Below are positions 9,500 through 18,501 of a stretch of 64,000 nt of DNA, in pieces. The notes beneath the pieces were generated by a model, which had not been told where the DNA came from, searched no databases, and saw only the letters and a list, made by a program, of their open reading frames with translations. How positions within the stretch are numbered: the first letter of the stretch is position 1; each line of letters opens with the position of its first letter. The DNA is taken from the NCBI GenBank assembly GCA_963674755.2, contig CAXXVS010000001.1, positions 64,001-128,000 on the forward strand, read 5' to 3'. The translations under genes and the position numbers were made by a program. Origin of the DNA: Desulfobacterales bacterium (GTDB taxonomy: Bacteria; Desulfobacterota; Desulfobacteria; Desulfobacterales; UBA5852).

Positions 9500-11665
9500 A
9501 TGGAGAGGTTTGAGATGACCGAGAAGACCTGTCCGGTTGCGCAGCTTCGTCAGGAACTGGAGAACGTGCTGGCCTCCGGCCGGCTGCATGATGCCAAGAA
9601 CCACCGGCGCGGTGAAGAAATCCGGGCCTTGCTCAACGATGTGGCCTGGGGCCGGGCCGGCCAGGATCATTTGCCGGCGATCCGGCAGTTGGCCGGGGAA
9701 ATGGGCCGGGAGAAGACCGACGATGCGGGCGCTGAGACCGGCCAACGCATCCTGCGCGCGCTTGCCGAAGCCGGTGAAGTTTTTCAAAGCCATATTGAAA
9801 CCCATAACTGCGCCAGCGGGGACTGTGTCCGCCTGGCGCCGGCGCCCTGCCAGATGACCTGCCCGGCCGGCATCGACGTGCCGACCTATGTGTCGCTGAT
9901 CGGCGAGGGGCGCGATGCCGAAGCCATCGAGGTCATCCGCAAGGACAACCCCTTCCCCTGGGTGTGCGGGCTGGTCTGCACCCGCCCTTGTGAATTCATG
10001 TGTGTCCGGGGGCGCATCGACAAGCCCGTTTCCATCAAATTTATCAAGGCATTTGCTGCGGAGCGGGCCCTCTCCTGGGGGCAGTACAAGAACCCGTCCA
10101 AGGCACCCGGCAAAGATCAGGCCGTTTGCATCGTGGGGGCAGGTCCGGGCGGCATGAGTGCCGCTTATTATCTGGCCCTCAAAGGCTATAAAGTGCGGGT
10201 GATCGAAGCCCAGCCCAGCGCCGGCGGCATGATTCTGCTGGGCATCCCCCGCTACCGGCTGCCGCGGGAGGTCATCGACCGGGAAGTCGCCATGCTTCAG
10301 GAGCTGGGGGTGGAATTCATGTTCAACACCCGGCTCGGTGAGGATGTCACCATCGATGCGTTGCGCCAGGAGGGTTTTACGGCCTTCCTGCTGGCCATCG
10401 GGGCCCACAAAGCCTACCGGCTCGGCATTCCCGGGGAGGACGACTATCCTCGGGTGCTGGATGCGATCACCTTTCTAAGGGCGGTGGCATTGGGGCAACG
10501 CGAGGTGCCCGGCAAGCGGGTGGTCGTCATCGGCGGCGGCAACGTGGCCATCGACGCGGCCCGCACCAGTTTGCGTCTGGGGGCGGAATCGGTCATCCTG
10601 GCCTATCGGCGGACACGGCATGAAATGCCGGCCGATGAAGAAGAAGTGGAGCAGGCCGAGGAGGAAGGCGTGGAGATGCGCTTTCTCACCATCCCCGAGG
10701 CGGTGGTGGGCCGCGACAACCATCTCGAGGGGCTGCGCTGTCTGCGGGCGGAGCTGGTGGCCCAGGAGGGCAGCAAGCGCATGCGCCCGGTGCCGGTCAA
10801 GGACAGCGATTTCGTCATGGAAGTGGATGCCGTTATATCCGCCATCGGGCAGCGGGTGGACAACGACTGCCTGGCCCCCCTGGAGGGGCTGGACTGGACC
10901 CGCCGCAGTACGATCAGCGCCAATATGGTCAGTATGGAAACCTCCCTGCCGGGTGTCTTTGCGGTGGGTGATGCGGTTACGGGGCCGGCCACCGTGATCG
11001 AGGCCATCGGCGCCGGCAAGCGGGCGGCAGAGGGCATCGACCGCTACCTGCACGGCATTCCCCAACCCAAGATGCCGCCGGTCCCGGTGCGGCGCGGGCG
11101 GATTCCCTACCGAAAGCTTTCGGCCACCCAGAAAATGACGGCCAAGCGGCCGGAAATGCCCCTGCTCAATATCGATCGGCGCCGGACCACCTTCCAACAG
11201 GTGGAGCTGGGCTATGCCGAACCGGATGTGCGCGAGGAAGCCGGACGTTGCCTGCGCTGCGATATCTGCCTGCGCTGCGGCAAATGTGTCGAGATCTGCC
11301 GTGACAGGATGGGCGTCAATGCGCTACAAATGGGGTACTTTGAATTCGACCATCCGGTGGAAACCGATTTCCGGGAAACCGCCGAGCGTTGCATTCTCTG
11401 CGGCGCCTGCGCGGCCAACTGCCCCACGGGTGCCATGCAGATCGAGGATCGTGACGGCGAGCGGGTCTTGTCCCTGTGCGGTACGGTGCTCAATCATGAG
11501 GCCCTGACCGAATGTGCCGTTTGTGGCACCCGGATGGAACCCTACCGCTATCTGGAGTATGTACGCAAACGCACCAAGGGGGTCGGCCTCCTGGTGAACA
11601 ATCGCCTGTTATGCGATGCCTGCGGCCGCAAAGAGGCCGCCCGGGCCATGCAGCCCGAGCAATAG
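9500..11665 (+). CDS. FAD/NAD(P)-dependent FeS oxidoreductase (GltD/NfnB-like core, degenerate NuoF C-terminal domain at the N-terminus, C-terminal ferredoxin)
   Basis: APCQMTCP, CGLVCTRPCE, IVGAGPGG, VIGGGNVAID, VFAVGD, RCLRCDIC, CILCGACAANCP. Confidence 0.85.
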   Translation: MERFEMTEKTCPVAQLRQELENVLASGRLHDAKNHRRGEEIRALLNDVAWGRAGQDHLPAIRQLAGEMGREKTDDAGAETGQRILRALAEAGEVFQSHIETHNCASGDCVRLAPAPCQMTCPAGIDVPTYVSLIGEGRDAEAIEVIRKDNPFPWVCGLVCTRPCEFMCVRGRIDKPVSIKFIKAFAAERALSWGQYKNPSKAPGKDQAVCIVGAGPGGMSAAYYLALKGYKVRVIEAQPSAGGMILLGIPRYRLPREVIDREVAMLQELGVEFMFNTRLGEDVTIDALRQEGFTAFLLAIGAHKAYRLGIPGEDDYPRVLDAITFLRAVALGQREVPGKRVVVIGGGNVAIDAARTSLRLGAESVILAYRRTRHEMPADEEEVEQAEEEGVEMRFLTIPEAVVGRDNHLEGLRCLRAELVAQEGSKRMRPVPVKDSDFVMEVDAVISAIGQRVDNDCLAPLEGLDWTRRSTISANMVSMETSLPGVFAVGDAVTGPATVIEAIGAGKRAAEGIDRYLHGIPQPKMPPVPVRRGRIPYRKLSATQKMTAKRPEMPLLNIDRRRTTFQQVELGYAEPDVREEAGRCLRCDICLRCGKCVEICRDRMGVNALQMGYFEFDHPVETDFRETAERCILCGACAANCPTGAMQIEDRDGERVLSLCGTVLNHEALTECAVCGTRMEPYRYLEYVRKRTKGVGLLVNNRLLCDACGRKEAARAMQPEQ

Positions 11666-11696
11666 GCATCGGTCGGACGTGAAAGGAGGCGGGGGC

Positions 11697-11906
11697 ATGG
11701 TTTTCCGCAGAGGGCAGAAGGTTGAACTTTATCGCAAGTCCGACGATGAGAGTTGGGCGCCTTTCATGGATGAGTTCATCGGGCTCCATGGGATCGTTAC
11801 CGACCCGGACACGGCCATCAACGATCCGGATGCACTGGTGGAGATCAGTCTGGAGGGCAAGGGGACGCACCGTCTGCCTCAGGACTGCCTGCGCGCCCTC
11901 GACTGA
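11697..11906 (+). CDS. Small hypothetical protein (69 aa, SH3/KOW-like pattern)
   Basis: GGAGG upstream, in operon; FRRGQKV...GIV...VEI...HRLP..CL beta-strand pattern. Confidence 0.6.
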   Translation: MVFRRGQKVELYRKSDDESWAPFMDEFIGLHGIVTDPDTAINDPDALVEISLEGKGTHRLPQDCLRALD

Positions 11907-12026
11907 CCAACCGGCCGCACGGGATAATCCGGCGAATGTTTTATACTGTAGGCGCTATCCCCGATACAAAGGGAATCGAGAACGGCGCGAGGCGCCGCGC
12001 CGCATTCATTTGAAATGGTTTAAGGA

Positions 12027-12788
12027 GTGAAATCCGTGATCACCGTCACCATCGACGATAAACGCCTGGAGGCCGAAGAAGGCCAGACTGTGATGGAAGT
12101 CGTCCGGGCCAACCAGATTCCGTTGCCGGCCCTGTGCTATCATCCGGCCCTCAAACCGTCGGGCGCCTGCCACCTGTGCGCGGTCGAGCTTGAAGGCAAA
12201 AGCGGCCGTCCCACCACCATGCTGGCCTGTGTGCTGCGGGTCAAAGACGGGCTGGCGGTACGGACCACGGGGGCGTTGGTGGAGCGCGCCCGCCGTCAGG
12301 CCTTTGAGCGGCTATTGGTGATGGCGCCCCAGTCCGAATCCGTGCGCAAGCTGGCCGCGGACTGGCATGTGGATCTCGGTCCCCGGCCGGACGGCTGCAT
12401 CCGTTGCCGTCTTTGTATCCGCGTTTGCGCCGAAATCGTCGGCCCAGGTGCTCTGGTCATGCACAAGCGCGACGACGTCCCGTTCGTGGAGCCCATTGAG
12501 GGCCGCTGCATCGGCTGCGGCACCTGCGTCAATATCTGCCCCACCGATGCCATCCGCATGGAAGACAAGGACAATGTGCGCACCATCTCGATCCGCGATG
12601 AGGTGATCGGCCGTCATCCCCTGGAGCGTTGCGAGGGATGCGGCGCCCTGTTCGCCACCCCGCGTTTTCTCGATCACATCCACGACCGGGTGACCCCCCA
12701 TCCCGACCTCAAGGAGCACCATCGCTACTGCCCCACCTGCAGCAAGCTGTTTTCCGATCGCGTGCGCGCCGTCGGCCGGCGGAAATGA
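12027..12788 (+). CDS. [2Fe-2S]/[4Fe-4S] protein (NuoG/HoxU N-terminal-like)
   Basis: PALCYHP..GACHLCAVE..AC, CIRCRLCIRVC, CIGCGTCVNICP; RBS AAGGAG. Confidence 0.85.
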   Translation: MKSVITVTIDDKRLEAEEGQTVMEVVRANQIPLPALCYHPALKPSGACHLCAVELEGKSGRPTTMLACVLRVKDGLAVRTTGALVERARRQAFERLLVMAPQSESVRKLAADWHVDLGPRPDGCIRCRLCIRVCAEIVGPGALVMHKRDDVPFVEPIEGRCIGCGTCVNICPTDAIRMEDKDNVRTISIRDEVIGRHPLERCEGCGALFATPRFLDHIHDRVTPHPDLKEHHRYCPTCSKLFSDRVRAVGRRK

Positions 12789-12871
12789 GCCGTCGGCGCG
12801 GCTGGTTATCCATTCATTGATAATCAGGATGTCCGGAGTGTCGATCGCGGTGAGGATTGCGCCGCCGGGTT

Positions 12872-13651
12872 TCAGGCCGGGAAGGGTTCAAACGGCGCGC
12901 GATGGCGGCGGCCGGTGCGCGCCTCCCATTCCGCCAGCTTGCGTCGATAGGTCGGACTCATTTCAAAAACTGGCGCCCGGTCGCCCTGCCGGGTTTTCTG
13001 GGCCCAGGCCCACCAATTGTCCTTGATGCGAAAATTGGCATAGTCGGGGTGCTGCATCACCAGGAACTGGAAGATCAGTTCGATGTGGGGTTCTTCAAGT
13101 TCATCCGGCCCCATGGTGCGCAGCGAGATGCCGTCGGATTTTGATTTGCCTTCCGCCTTTTTGCTGCCGTAGGTCCACTGCAGATCGTCGAACAACAGCC
13201 ATCCCCCGGGCTGAAGCAGCTTGTCCATCAAAAAGAAGGCCGCGCTGTCGATGGTCCAGTTTTTGGCGCCGTCCAGAAAGCAGAAATCATAGAGGGGCTG
13301 GCAGGCCTGGTTATGGGTTTGCTCCGCGATCTTGCGTTTTAAAAACCAGGTATAGCTGGTGGGTTCCCGCACGATGCTGACCTGGGGCGCCAGCCCGGTG
13401 CGCGCCAGCAGATCTTCAATGGCCGGCTGCTGCCATTCGCGTTCCGGCTCAAGATCCACGGTGGTCAGGTGGCCGTGGCCGACTTCTTCCAACGCCGCGG
13501 CGATATAGCAGCTGGAGGCGCCGTGCCCGAAACCGAGTTCGAGGCATTGGCGGGGCTGCGTTTCCAGAATGAAGTCGTAGATGTCCCGGGCCAGTTCCGG
13601 CATGATGAAGGGAACGCCTTCAATCAGCTTTTGAACGATCTCAAATTGCAT
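12872..13651 (-). CDS. Class I SAM-dependent methyltransferase
   Basis: LELGFGHGAS motif I, YDFCFLDG, LQPGGWLLFDD. Confidence 0.8.
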   Translation of the reverse strand: MQFEIVQKLIEGVPFIMPELARDIYDFILETQPRQCLELGFGHGASSCYIAAALEEVGHGHLTTVDLEPEREWQQPAIEDLLARTGLAPQVSIVREPTSYTWFLKRKIAEQTHNQACQPLYDFCFLDGAKNWTIDSAAFFLMDKLLQPGGWLLFDDLQWTYGSKKAEGKSKSDGISLRTMGPDELEEPHIELIFQFLVMQHPDYANFRIKDNWWAWAQKTRQGDRAPVFEMSPTYRRKLAEWEARTGRRHRAPFEPFPA

Positions 13652-13688
13652 GGCGGCGCCCTATGGCAGACATTTTAACATTTGACGT

Positions 13689-14150
13689 TTAATCGACCTT
13701 GCGTTCCGCAGGGGCATTTTCACCCCCCTCGTTCGCGTCCGGATTCTCCTGGTCGGGTGGAGGCGGATTTTCACTTTTTTCGGCAGGGCCGGGAGTTCCG
13801 GCTGCGGTGGTGTCATTGCCCCATCCCTTTCGCTGCCAGTAATCGTCACGGTAAGTGGAATTGTTTGCATTTCCCCCGATCGGGCCGGCATCTTCATCTT
13901 CGGTGGGCTCGGTGTCACCCTGTTCGACAGCACCGGTATTTTCATGTTTATCCGGGCCGGTCTTTGATCGCGGCTCATCGGGCTGCCTTTCCGAAAGGCC
14001 TTCGACGCGTTCGGCGCCGGGCGGCGGTGGCCCATCCGTGAAATGCTGGACGCCATCCTTGTCAATCCATTGGTAAATTTCACCGGCTCCAAGACCTGCT
14101 GCCAGACCCAAAAGCAATATGAGTACACCAAAAAGGATGCGAAATTTCAT
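13689..14150 (-). CDS. DUF4124 family secreted protein
   Basis: Signal peptide followed by IYQWIDKDGVQHFTDGPPP, then a low-complexity tail. Confidence 0.8.
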   Translation of the reverse strand: MKFRILFGVLILLLGLAAGLGAGEIYQWIDKDGVQHFTDGPPPPGAERVEGLSERQPDEPRSKTGPDKHENTGAVEQGDTEPTEDEDAGPIGGNANNSTYRDDYWQRKGWGNDTTAAGTPGPAEKSENPPPPDQENPDANEGGENAPAERKVD

Positions 14151-14578
14151 AACAAAGCCTTTCACAGCCCTCTGAAGAGATTCGTTGGCGTCAATGGCAC
14201 TGGAAGCGGATCTGAATTACAAGCTGAAAATAGCGAGCTGGCAGGGTCGTCGCCCTAACAAGCTGACTTAATTTATTGCATGTTCTCAGCATTGGTTTGG
14301 AATCACTATCGCATAAGGTGGGTTATCCTTCAACATCGATATGCCGGCGAGGGACTGCGATGAACGTTGGTGCGTACCGCAGGGAGGGAAAAGGGACATT
14401 GACTAAGAGTGAAGGGTTAGGTTTGTACTCGTAGTCACCAACGTTATATATTGAAATAGTTAGAGAATATACCTCCAAGAGTAGTAAAAACAAAAGTAAT
14501 TATCGCCTTGAAAAGAAAATAGCCTCCAGGTAGCACAAAGGTGGACAAACCTTCAACACGAGCTACGAGGAGGCTATT

Positions 14579-15862
14579 ATGGGTAACAGAGAAATTAGCA
14601 GGTACGAGGAATACTGTCAATTTCGCACCTCCGTGCGAGGCAGCCGGGATTATATGCTCGTCGGCATCGATGTGGCTAAGGAACGCCATCATGCCTTCTT
14701 CGGCACCGCCACCGGCAAGACGCTCCTAAAGCGCCTGATCTTTGACAACGACCGCACCGGTTTCGAGCAGCTCATCGAAAGAGCTGAACAACTGATGGTG
14801 GCCCATTCCTGCCGAAGGGTCGCTTTCGGACTGGAGCCCACCGGCAATTACCACAAGCCTTTGGCCAACTGGCTTTTGGAACAGGATCAACTTCTGGTAC
14901 TGGTCTCCAACAAAGCCATTGCCGACAACCGCGAGAGTCTTGACGGGCGCTGGGATAAGAACGACACCAAAGACAGCGCCAATGTGGCCGACCTGATGGC
15001 GCAGGGCAAATGCCAGTTCTTTGAAAAGCCTTCGGCGGAGCTTACTGCGTTGCGCAGCTTGCTTTCACTTCGCAAGCGGCTCAAACGCGATGAACACAGC
15101 GTACGCATGCAGATCCGCAATGGGCTTCTGGTTCGCCACTTCCCCGAGATGGATCGCCTGTGGGGCAGCTGTCTTAAAGAGAATCTGGCCATTGTGCGCA
15201 GCTGCCTTGACCCGCGTACCATCAGCGCCATGCCCTTTAACGAGTTCCTTCGGCGGGTGACCGATCGTGATAGAGGCTTGCGCCAGGTCAAACGTTTGCA
15301 GCGCATCCACGAGGTCGCTGGCACCTCCATCGGCTGCCCCGTGGATGAAGCCGTCCAGTTTGAGGCTCTCCAACTGGTGGATCGCTTAGATGATCTGCGT
15401 GACCGTATCAGCCACACCGAAAACCAGATTGCGGATATCTGTCAGGGCTTTTCATCTTACCGGCGATTGTTGACGATCCCCGGCTTTGGTCCCTACGTGG
15501 CCTCTCAAGTGATCGCCCGCATCGGGGACCCACATCGCTTCGCCGGTCGCAAACAGCTCATCCGCCTGGCGGGATACGACCTGAACGCCAAACGAAGTGG
15601 CAAGACCAGTGATAAGGCCGTGCCGGTGATCTCCAAGCGCGGCAATGGCGACCTCCGCTACGCCCTTTATCAGGCGGCCCAGATCGCCTCTTATCATGAC
15701 AATGGATTCCGCGCTTTATACACCCGCTATCTGCAGGGGCGGGAGCGTGAGCGTGGCATCAAGACCAAGATGCGGGTGAAACTGGCCGTCAAGATGCTGG
15801 TCATCGCCTGGTGCATGATGCGTGACGATACGGATTACAATCCTTCGCTGCTAAAGGTGTAA
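14579..15862 (+). CDS. IS110-family DEDD transposase/recombinase
   Basis: GIDVAK, GLEPTG, KNDTKDS (DEDD); LLTIPGFG; RSGK serine; ISKRGN..LR.ALY. Confidence 0.95.
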   Translation: MGNREISRYEEYCQFRTSVRGSRDYMLVGIDVAKERHHAFFGTATGKTLLKRLIFDNDRTGFEQLIERAEQLMVAHSCRRVAFGLEPTGNYHKPLANWLLEQDQLLVLVSNKAIADNRESLDGRWDKNDTKDSANVADLMAQGKCQFFEKPSAELTALRSLLSLRKRLKRDEHSVRMQIRNGLLVRHFPEMDRLWGSCLKENLAIVRSCLDPRTISAMPFNEFLRRVTDRDRGLRQVKRLQRIHEVAGTSIGCPVDEAVQFEALQLVDRLDDLRDRISHTENQIADICQGFSSYRRLLTIPGFGPYVASQVIARIGDPHRFAGRKQLIRLAGYDLNAKRSGKTSDKAVPVISKRGNGDLRYALYQAAQIASYHDNGFRALYTRYLQGRERERGIKTKMRVKLAVKMLVIAWCMMRDDTDYNPSLLKV

Positions 15863-16060
15863 GCGGTCCTCTGGACCGCCGTGTTCTTCACAATCGAAGT
15901 CGTTTGTTCGGCGAGAGAGCCCTTTTATGGACGTTGAGGTCATAACCTCGGTGGGGACAATACCCGGGCCTCTCTCTGAACTCCAAGCCTGGATAAGGAA
16001 TGATGGGTGCCGCCGTCTCCGGCAGGACACCGGATAACCGTAACGATCAGGCCATGAGTT
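15863..16060 (+). ncRNA. Candidate IS110 bridge/seek RNA in the 3' non-coding end
   Basis: 5' hairpin GCGGTCC/GGACCGC, then two stems with large internal loops; loop 1 contains GGGGACA (15953-59), complementary to the flanking target TGTCCCC (16186-92). Confidence 0.45.
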
Positions 16061-16200
16061 CGCCGGCCGGAGAGATACTCGCCGATCTACAAAACCGACA
16101 GGAGAAGTGTTTCTTGTCTCTGACAACAATTGTAACTATTTGATTATTCTATTTTAATTATTTTGTTGACATGGAGAATATAGAATGTCCCCAACTTTCC

Positions 16201-16642
16201 CCGGGCCGCTATGTTTCGCTGACCGACCCCAAAGAACTGGCCGAACACGTGCTTGAAGACACGTAGCGCCGGGGTTCGCAAAAAAGGTGCAACACGAGGA
16301 TAGCATTGTCTCCGGAAGGAACTTTGGCTGCGGCTCCACCGCGAATATGCGCCGAAAGGCATCCGGGGTGTGGGGGTCGCCGCTGTGGTGGCAGACTCGT
16401 TTGCCCGCATCTTTTTCCGTAACGCCTTGAACCTGGGGCTACTTGCGATCCCCATTCCGGGGATCAGCACGGCGGTAAACGAGGGCGACACGCTGGAGAT
16501 CGATCTGGGGAAAGGCATTGTTAAGAACACCGTTTCCGGGAAGGCGTTTTCCTTTATGCCTTACGACGCGTTCCTAATGGACATGATCCGGGAAGGCGGC
16601 ATTATCAACTTCGCCTACAAAAAATGCCTGGAAGGGAGGTAG
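16201..16642 (+). pseudogene. leuD: 3-isopropylmalate/homoaconitate dehydratase small subunit remnant
   Basis: PGRYVSLTDPKELAEHVLED* / PGFAKKV..GRNFGCGS / REYAP..ADSFARIFFRNALNLG occur in successive reading frames; N-terminus missing. Confidence 0.8.
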
Positions 16643-16690
16643 AACAAGGGTAAGGAATAGGACTGTCGAGGATGACGTCTAAACTTGATT

Positions 16691-16740
16691 AAAAAATTAA
16701 GCCGTTCCCAGTATGGCTGGAAACGGCTTAATTTATTTTA
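16691..16740. terminator. Bidirectional intrinsic terminator
   Basis: AATTAAGCCGTT...AACGGCTTAATT with A/T tails between convergent genes. Confidence 0.75.
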
Positions 16741-16756
16741 AAATTTTAGGCTGTTA

Positions 16757-17443
16757 CTACCGCTTAAATTTTTTCCTTCCTAAGCCGGCAAGTCCGATCA
16801 AGCCTGTCCCCAGTAAAATGATCGTACCCGGTTCAGGAACGGGAGCGACCTGGGCCCTTGCAATGAGATCTTGATAATCCCTATCGCTGCCCTGCAGCAA
16901 GAGATCTTCAAAGCCAACGATATATTCGTTGTCGAATTCGAGAACCTTGTAAATGACCGCTTGGTCCGGTGTCATTCCGGAATACATTCGGTTTGTCGAA
17001 TCGCCGTTAGGGTCGAGATAAAAGCCGAATGTTACTGGCCCTACAAAGTCTTTATCATAGGAGGCGCCAGAAGCGTCCGAACCGGTAAATATAGGCGTGG
17101 CATTATCTGAATTCGCCACATCGTACCATCCCAAAACGTTTCCCGCGGCATACCCAGCATATTCTGCAAGCAGATCTGCCTGAACCCCGGATCCGGTAAA
17201 CGTCTGCTGGCTTACGCGTTGAAGTGTTATGGCCGCAACACCGCTGTAAATACTTCCGAGCAATGAATCTGCGTTGTTCAAGAGAACATCCTCTATGTTT
17301 CCTATCGCGGCCCCATCAGAAGAAGTTCCAAAGTCAAGTTTGTATTCAGCGGTATCAAATGACAATGATAATGCCGCCGCAGTCGTGCCGGACAATAAAA
17401 AAGCGATCATGATGCAGGTAAGCAATAGAAGGTGTTTTTTCAT
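16757..17443 (-). CDS. PEP-CTERM sorted surface protein (DUF4114-like domain)
   Basis: Signal peptide; GFEDL...SDRDYQDL; VPEPGT + TM + RKKFKR. Confidence 0.9.
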   Translation of the reverse strand: MKKHLLLLTCIMIAFLLSGTTAAALSLSFDTAEYKLDFGTSSDGAAIGNIEDVLLNNADSLLGSIYSGVAAITLQRVSQQTFTGSGVQADLLAEYAGYAAGNVLGWYDVANSDNATPIFTGSDASGASYDKDFVGPVTFGFYLDPNGDSTNRMYSGMTPDQAVIYKVLEFDNEYIVGFEDLLLQGSDRDYQDLIARAQVAPVPEPGTIILLGTGLIGLAGLGRKKFKR

Positions 17444-17491
17444 TTGATTAGTCCTCGGTAAGAATTGAGTCTTGCTTGACGCTATTCCTAG

Positions 17492-17507
17492 AGCAAAAAA
17501 CGAGCCA
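17492..17507 (-). promoter_or_regulatory. sigma54 promoter of the PEP-CTERM gene
   Basis: Minus strand TGGCTCG-TTTT-TTGCT with GG-N10-GC spacing. Confidence 0.7.
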
Positions 17508-17951
17508 GAAAAAAAATAACATAATAACAAGTTGTTATGAAAAATATTCGGCAAATTAGGAAAAAAATTACCATGCAAAACTGATAAATTCTTTATCCCA
17601 TAGGGATATTTTTACATAATGGGGACAGGCCAGTCCTTACAGGTGTTTCAGATTGGATTTAAAGGGTGAAGGTCAAAGGACTGCCGGATGGTTCGCCCTC
17701 TATGAGGGGCGATTGTCAGGCGATCACTTGAGCATCCCTCTTCGGCGGAGTTTGCCTGCTGTTCAGCTATACTGAAATCATCGTCAGGCAGCCCGATGAC
17801 GATGGACTGACGGGCATTTTTAGATGCGGTTATCCGCCGATGCCAAGCAGCGCTATCGGAGAAAAGATCAGGAATTGGAGCGAAACAGGAAGAGCTTATC
17901 AAGCCCCATATCGTAAAATAGAGGTGTATCGATCAAAAACGATATGAATCC

Positions 17952-18000
17952 AAAAAGAAAGCGGGCTTTCGGTAATTTGCCGAAAGCCCGCTTTCTTTTT
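17952..18000 (-). terminator. Intrinsic terminator outside the distal att (probable pre-insertion tRNA-Val terminator)
   Basis: 21-bp perfect inverted repeat AAAAAGAAAGCGGGCTTTCGG/CCGAAAGCCCGCTTTCTTTTT adjoining the duplicated tRNA 3' end. Confidence 0.8.
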
Positions 18001-18001
18001 G

Positions 18002-18048
18002 TGGTAGGCACGATTGGATTTGAACCAACGACTTCTACCGTGTCAGGG
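18002..18048 (-). repeat. att site: duplicated 3' 47 bp of tRNA-Val
   Basis: Identical to 25934-25980. Confidence 0.95.
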
Positions 18049-18152
18049 GGGAATGGATATTTTATCTATATGATAACACTATGAATTTTGTACGTTTAGC
18101 ATGATAACACTAATATGTGTTACCATCTAAATGATCATTGGGCTACGTCCGA

Positions 18153-18461
18153 CTATGGTGCATGGCAAACATTTGAATTGCTCGCAATAGCAGCAAGGTC
18201 TTTTTCAGAGGGGACATATAAGACTTCTTGCAGTTCTGCATCATCATCTCGCAGAATAAGAATAAAATTGTTATTTTTGTTTTTTTTCAATAGCTTACGA
18301 AATTTTTTTTCTCTTGCTTTATCACTTTGTCCATAGATGGTGAAATAGTTCACATCTTCAGGACTTTGTGCCGTAAGCCTTCGAAATAACGGGCTTATAA
18401 AATTAGCGCCAGCTAGGGCGATTACCCAGTTATTTCTTTTTAGCTCTGTTAACGTTGGCAT
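18153..18461 (-). CDS. Hypothetical protein (AT-rich cargo, 102 aa)
   Basis: Open frame with purine-rich RBS (AGGGGG), 40 nt downstream of the 360-aa gene. Confidence 0.6.
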   Translation of the reverse strand: MPTLTELKRNNWVIALAGANFISPLFRRLTAQSPEDVNYFTIYGQSDKAREKKFRKLLKKNKNNNFILILRDDDAELQEVLYVPSEKDLAAIASNSNVCHAP

Positions 18462-18501
18462 CCCGCATCCCCCTATTGTTAAAAAGAGTATGGATATCAG
18501 A

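Larger units (their letters stand above)
14411..16185 (+). mobile_element. IS110-family insertion sequence (ends inferred)
   Basis: Contains the transposase; removing one GAA core (14411-13/16183-85) restores the hairpin GGGACATTgACT-AAG-AGTgAATGTCCC; outward-facing TTGACA at 16166-71. Confidence 0.7.

Noticed and set aside
14463..16182. GAGAATATA direct repeat (14463-71, 16174-82) as an IS target-site duplication
   Set aside because: IS110 elements do not make long TSDs, and the GAA-core model restores a hairpin target. It could still be a donor-guide or binding motif.
18002..18048. Second tRNA-Val gene
   Set aside because: Only the 3' 47 nt are present; the D arm and 5' acceptor strand are missing.
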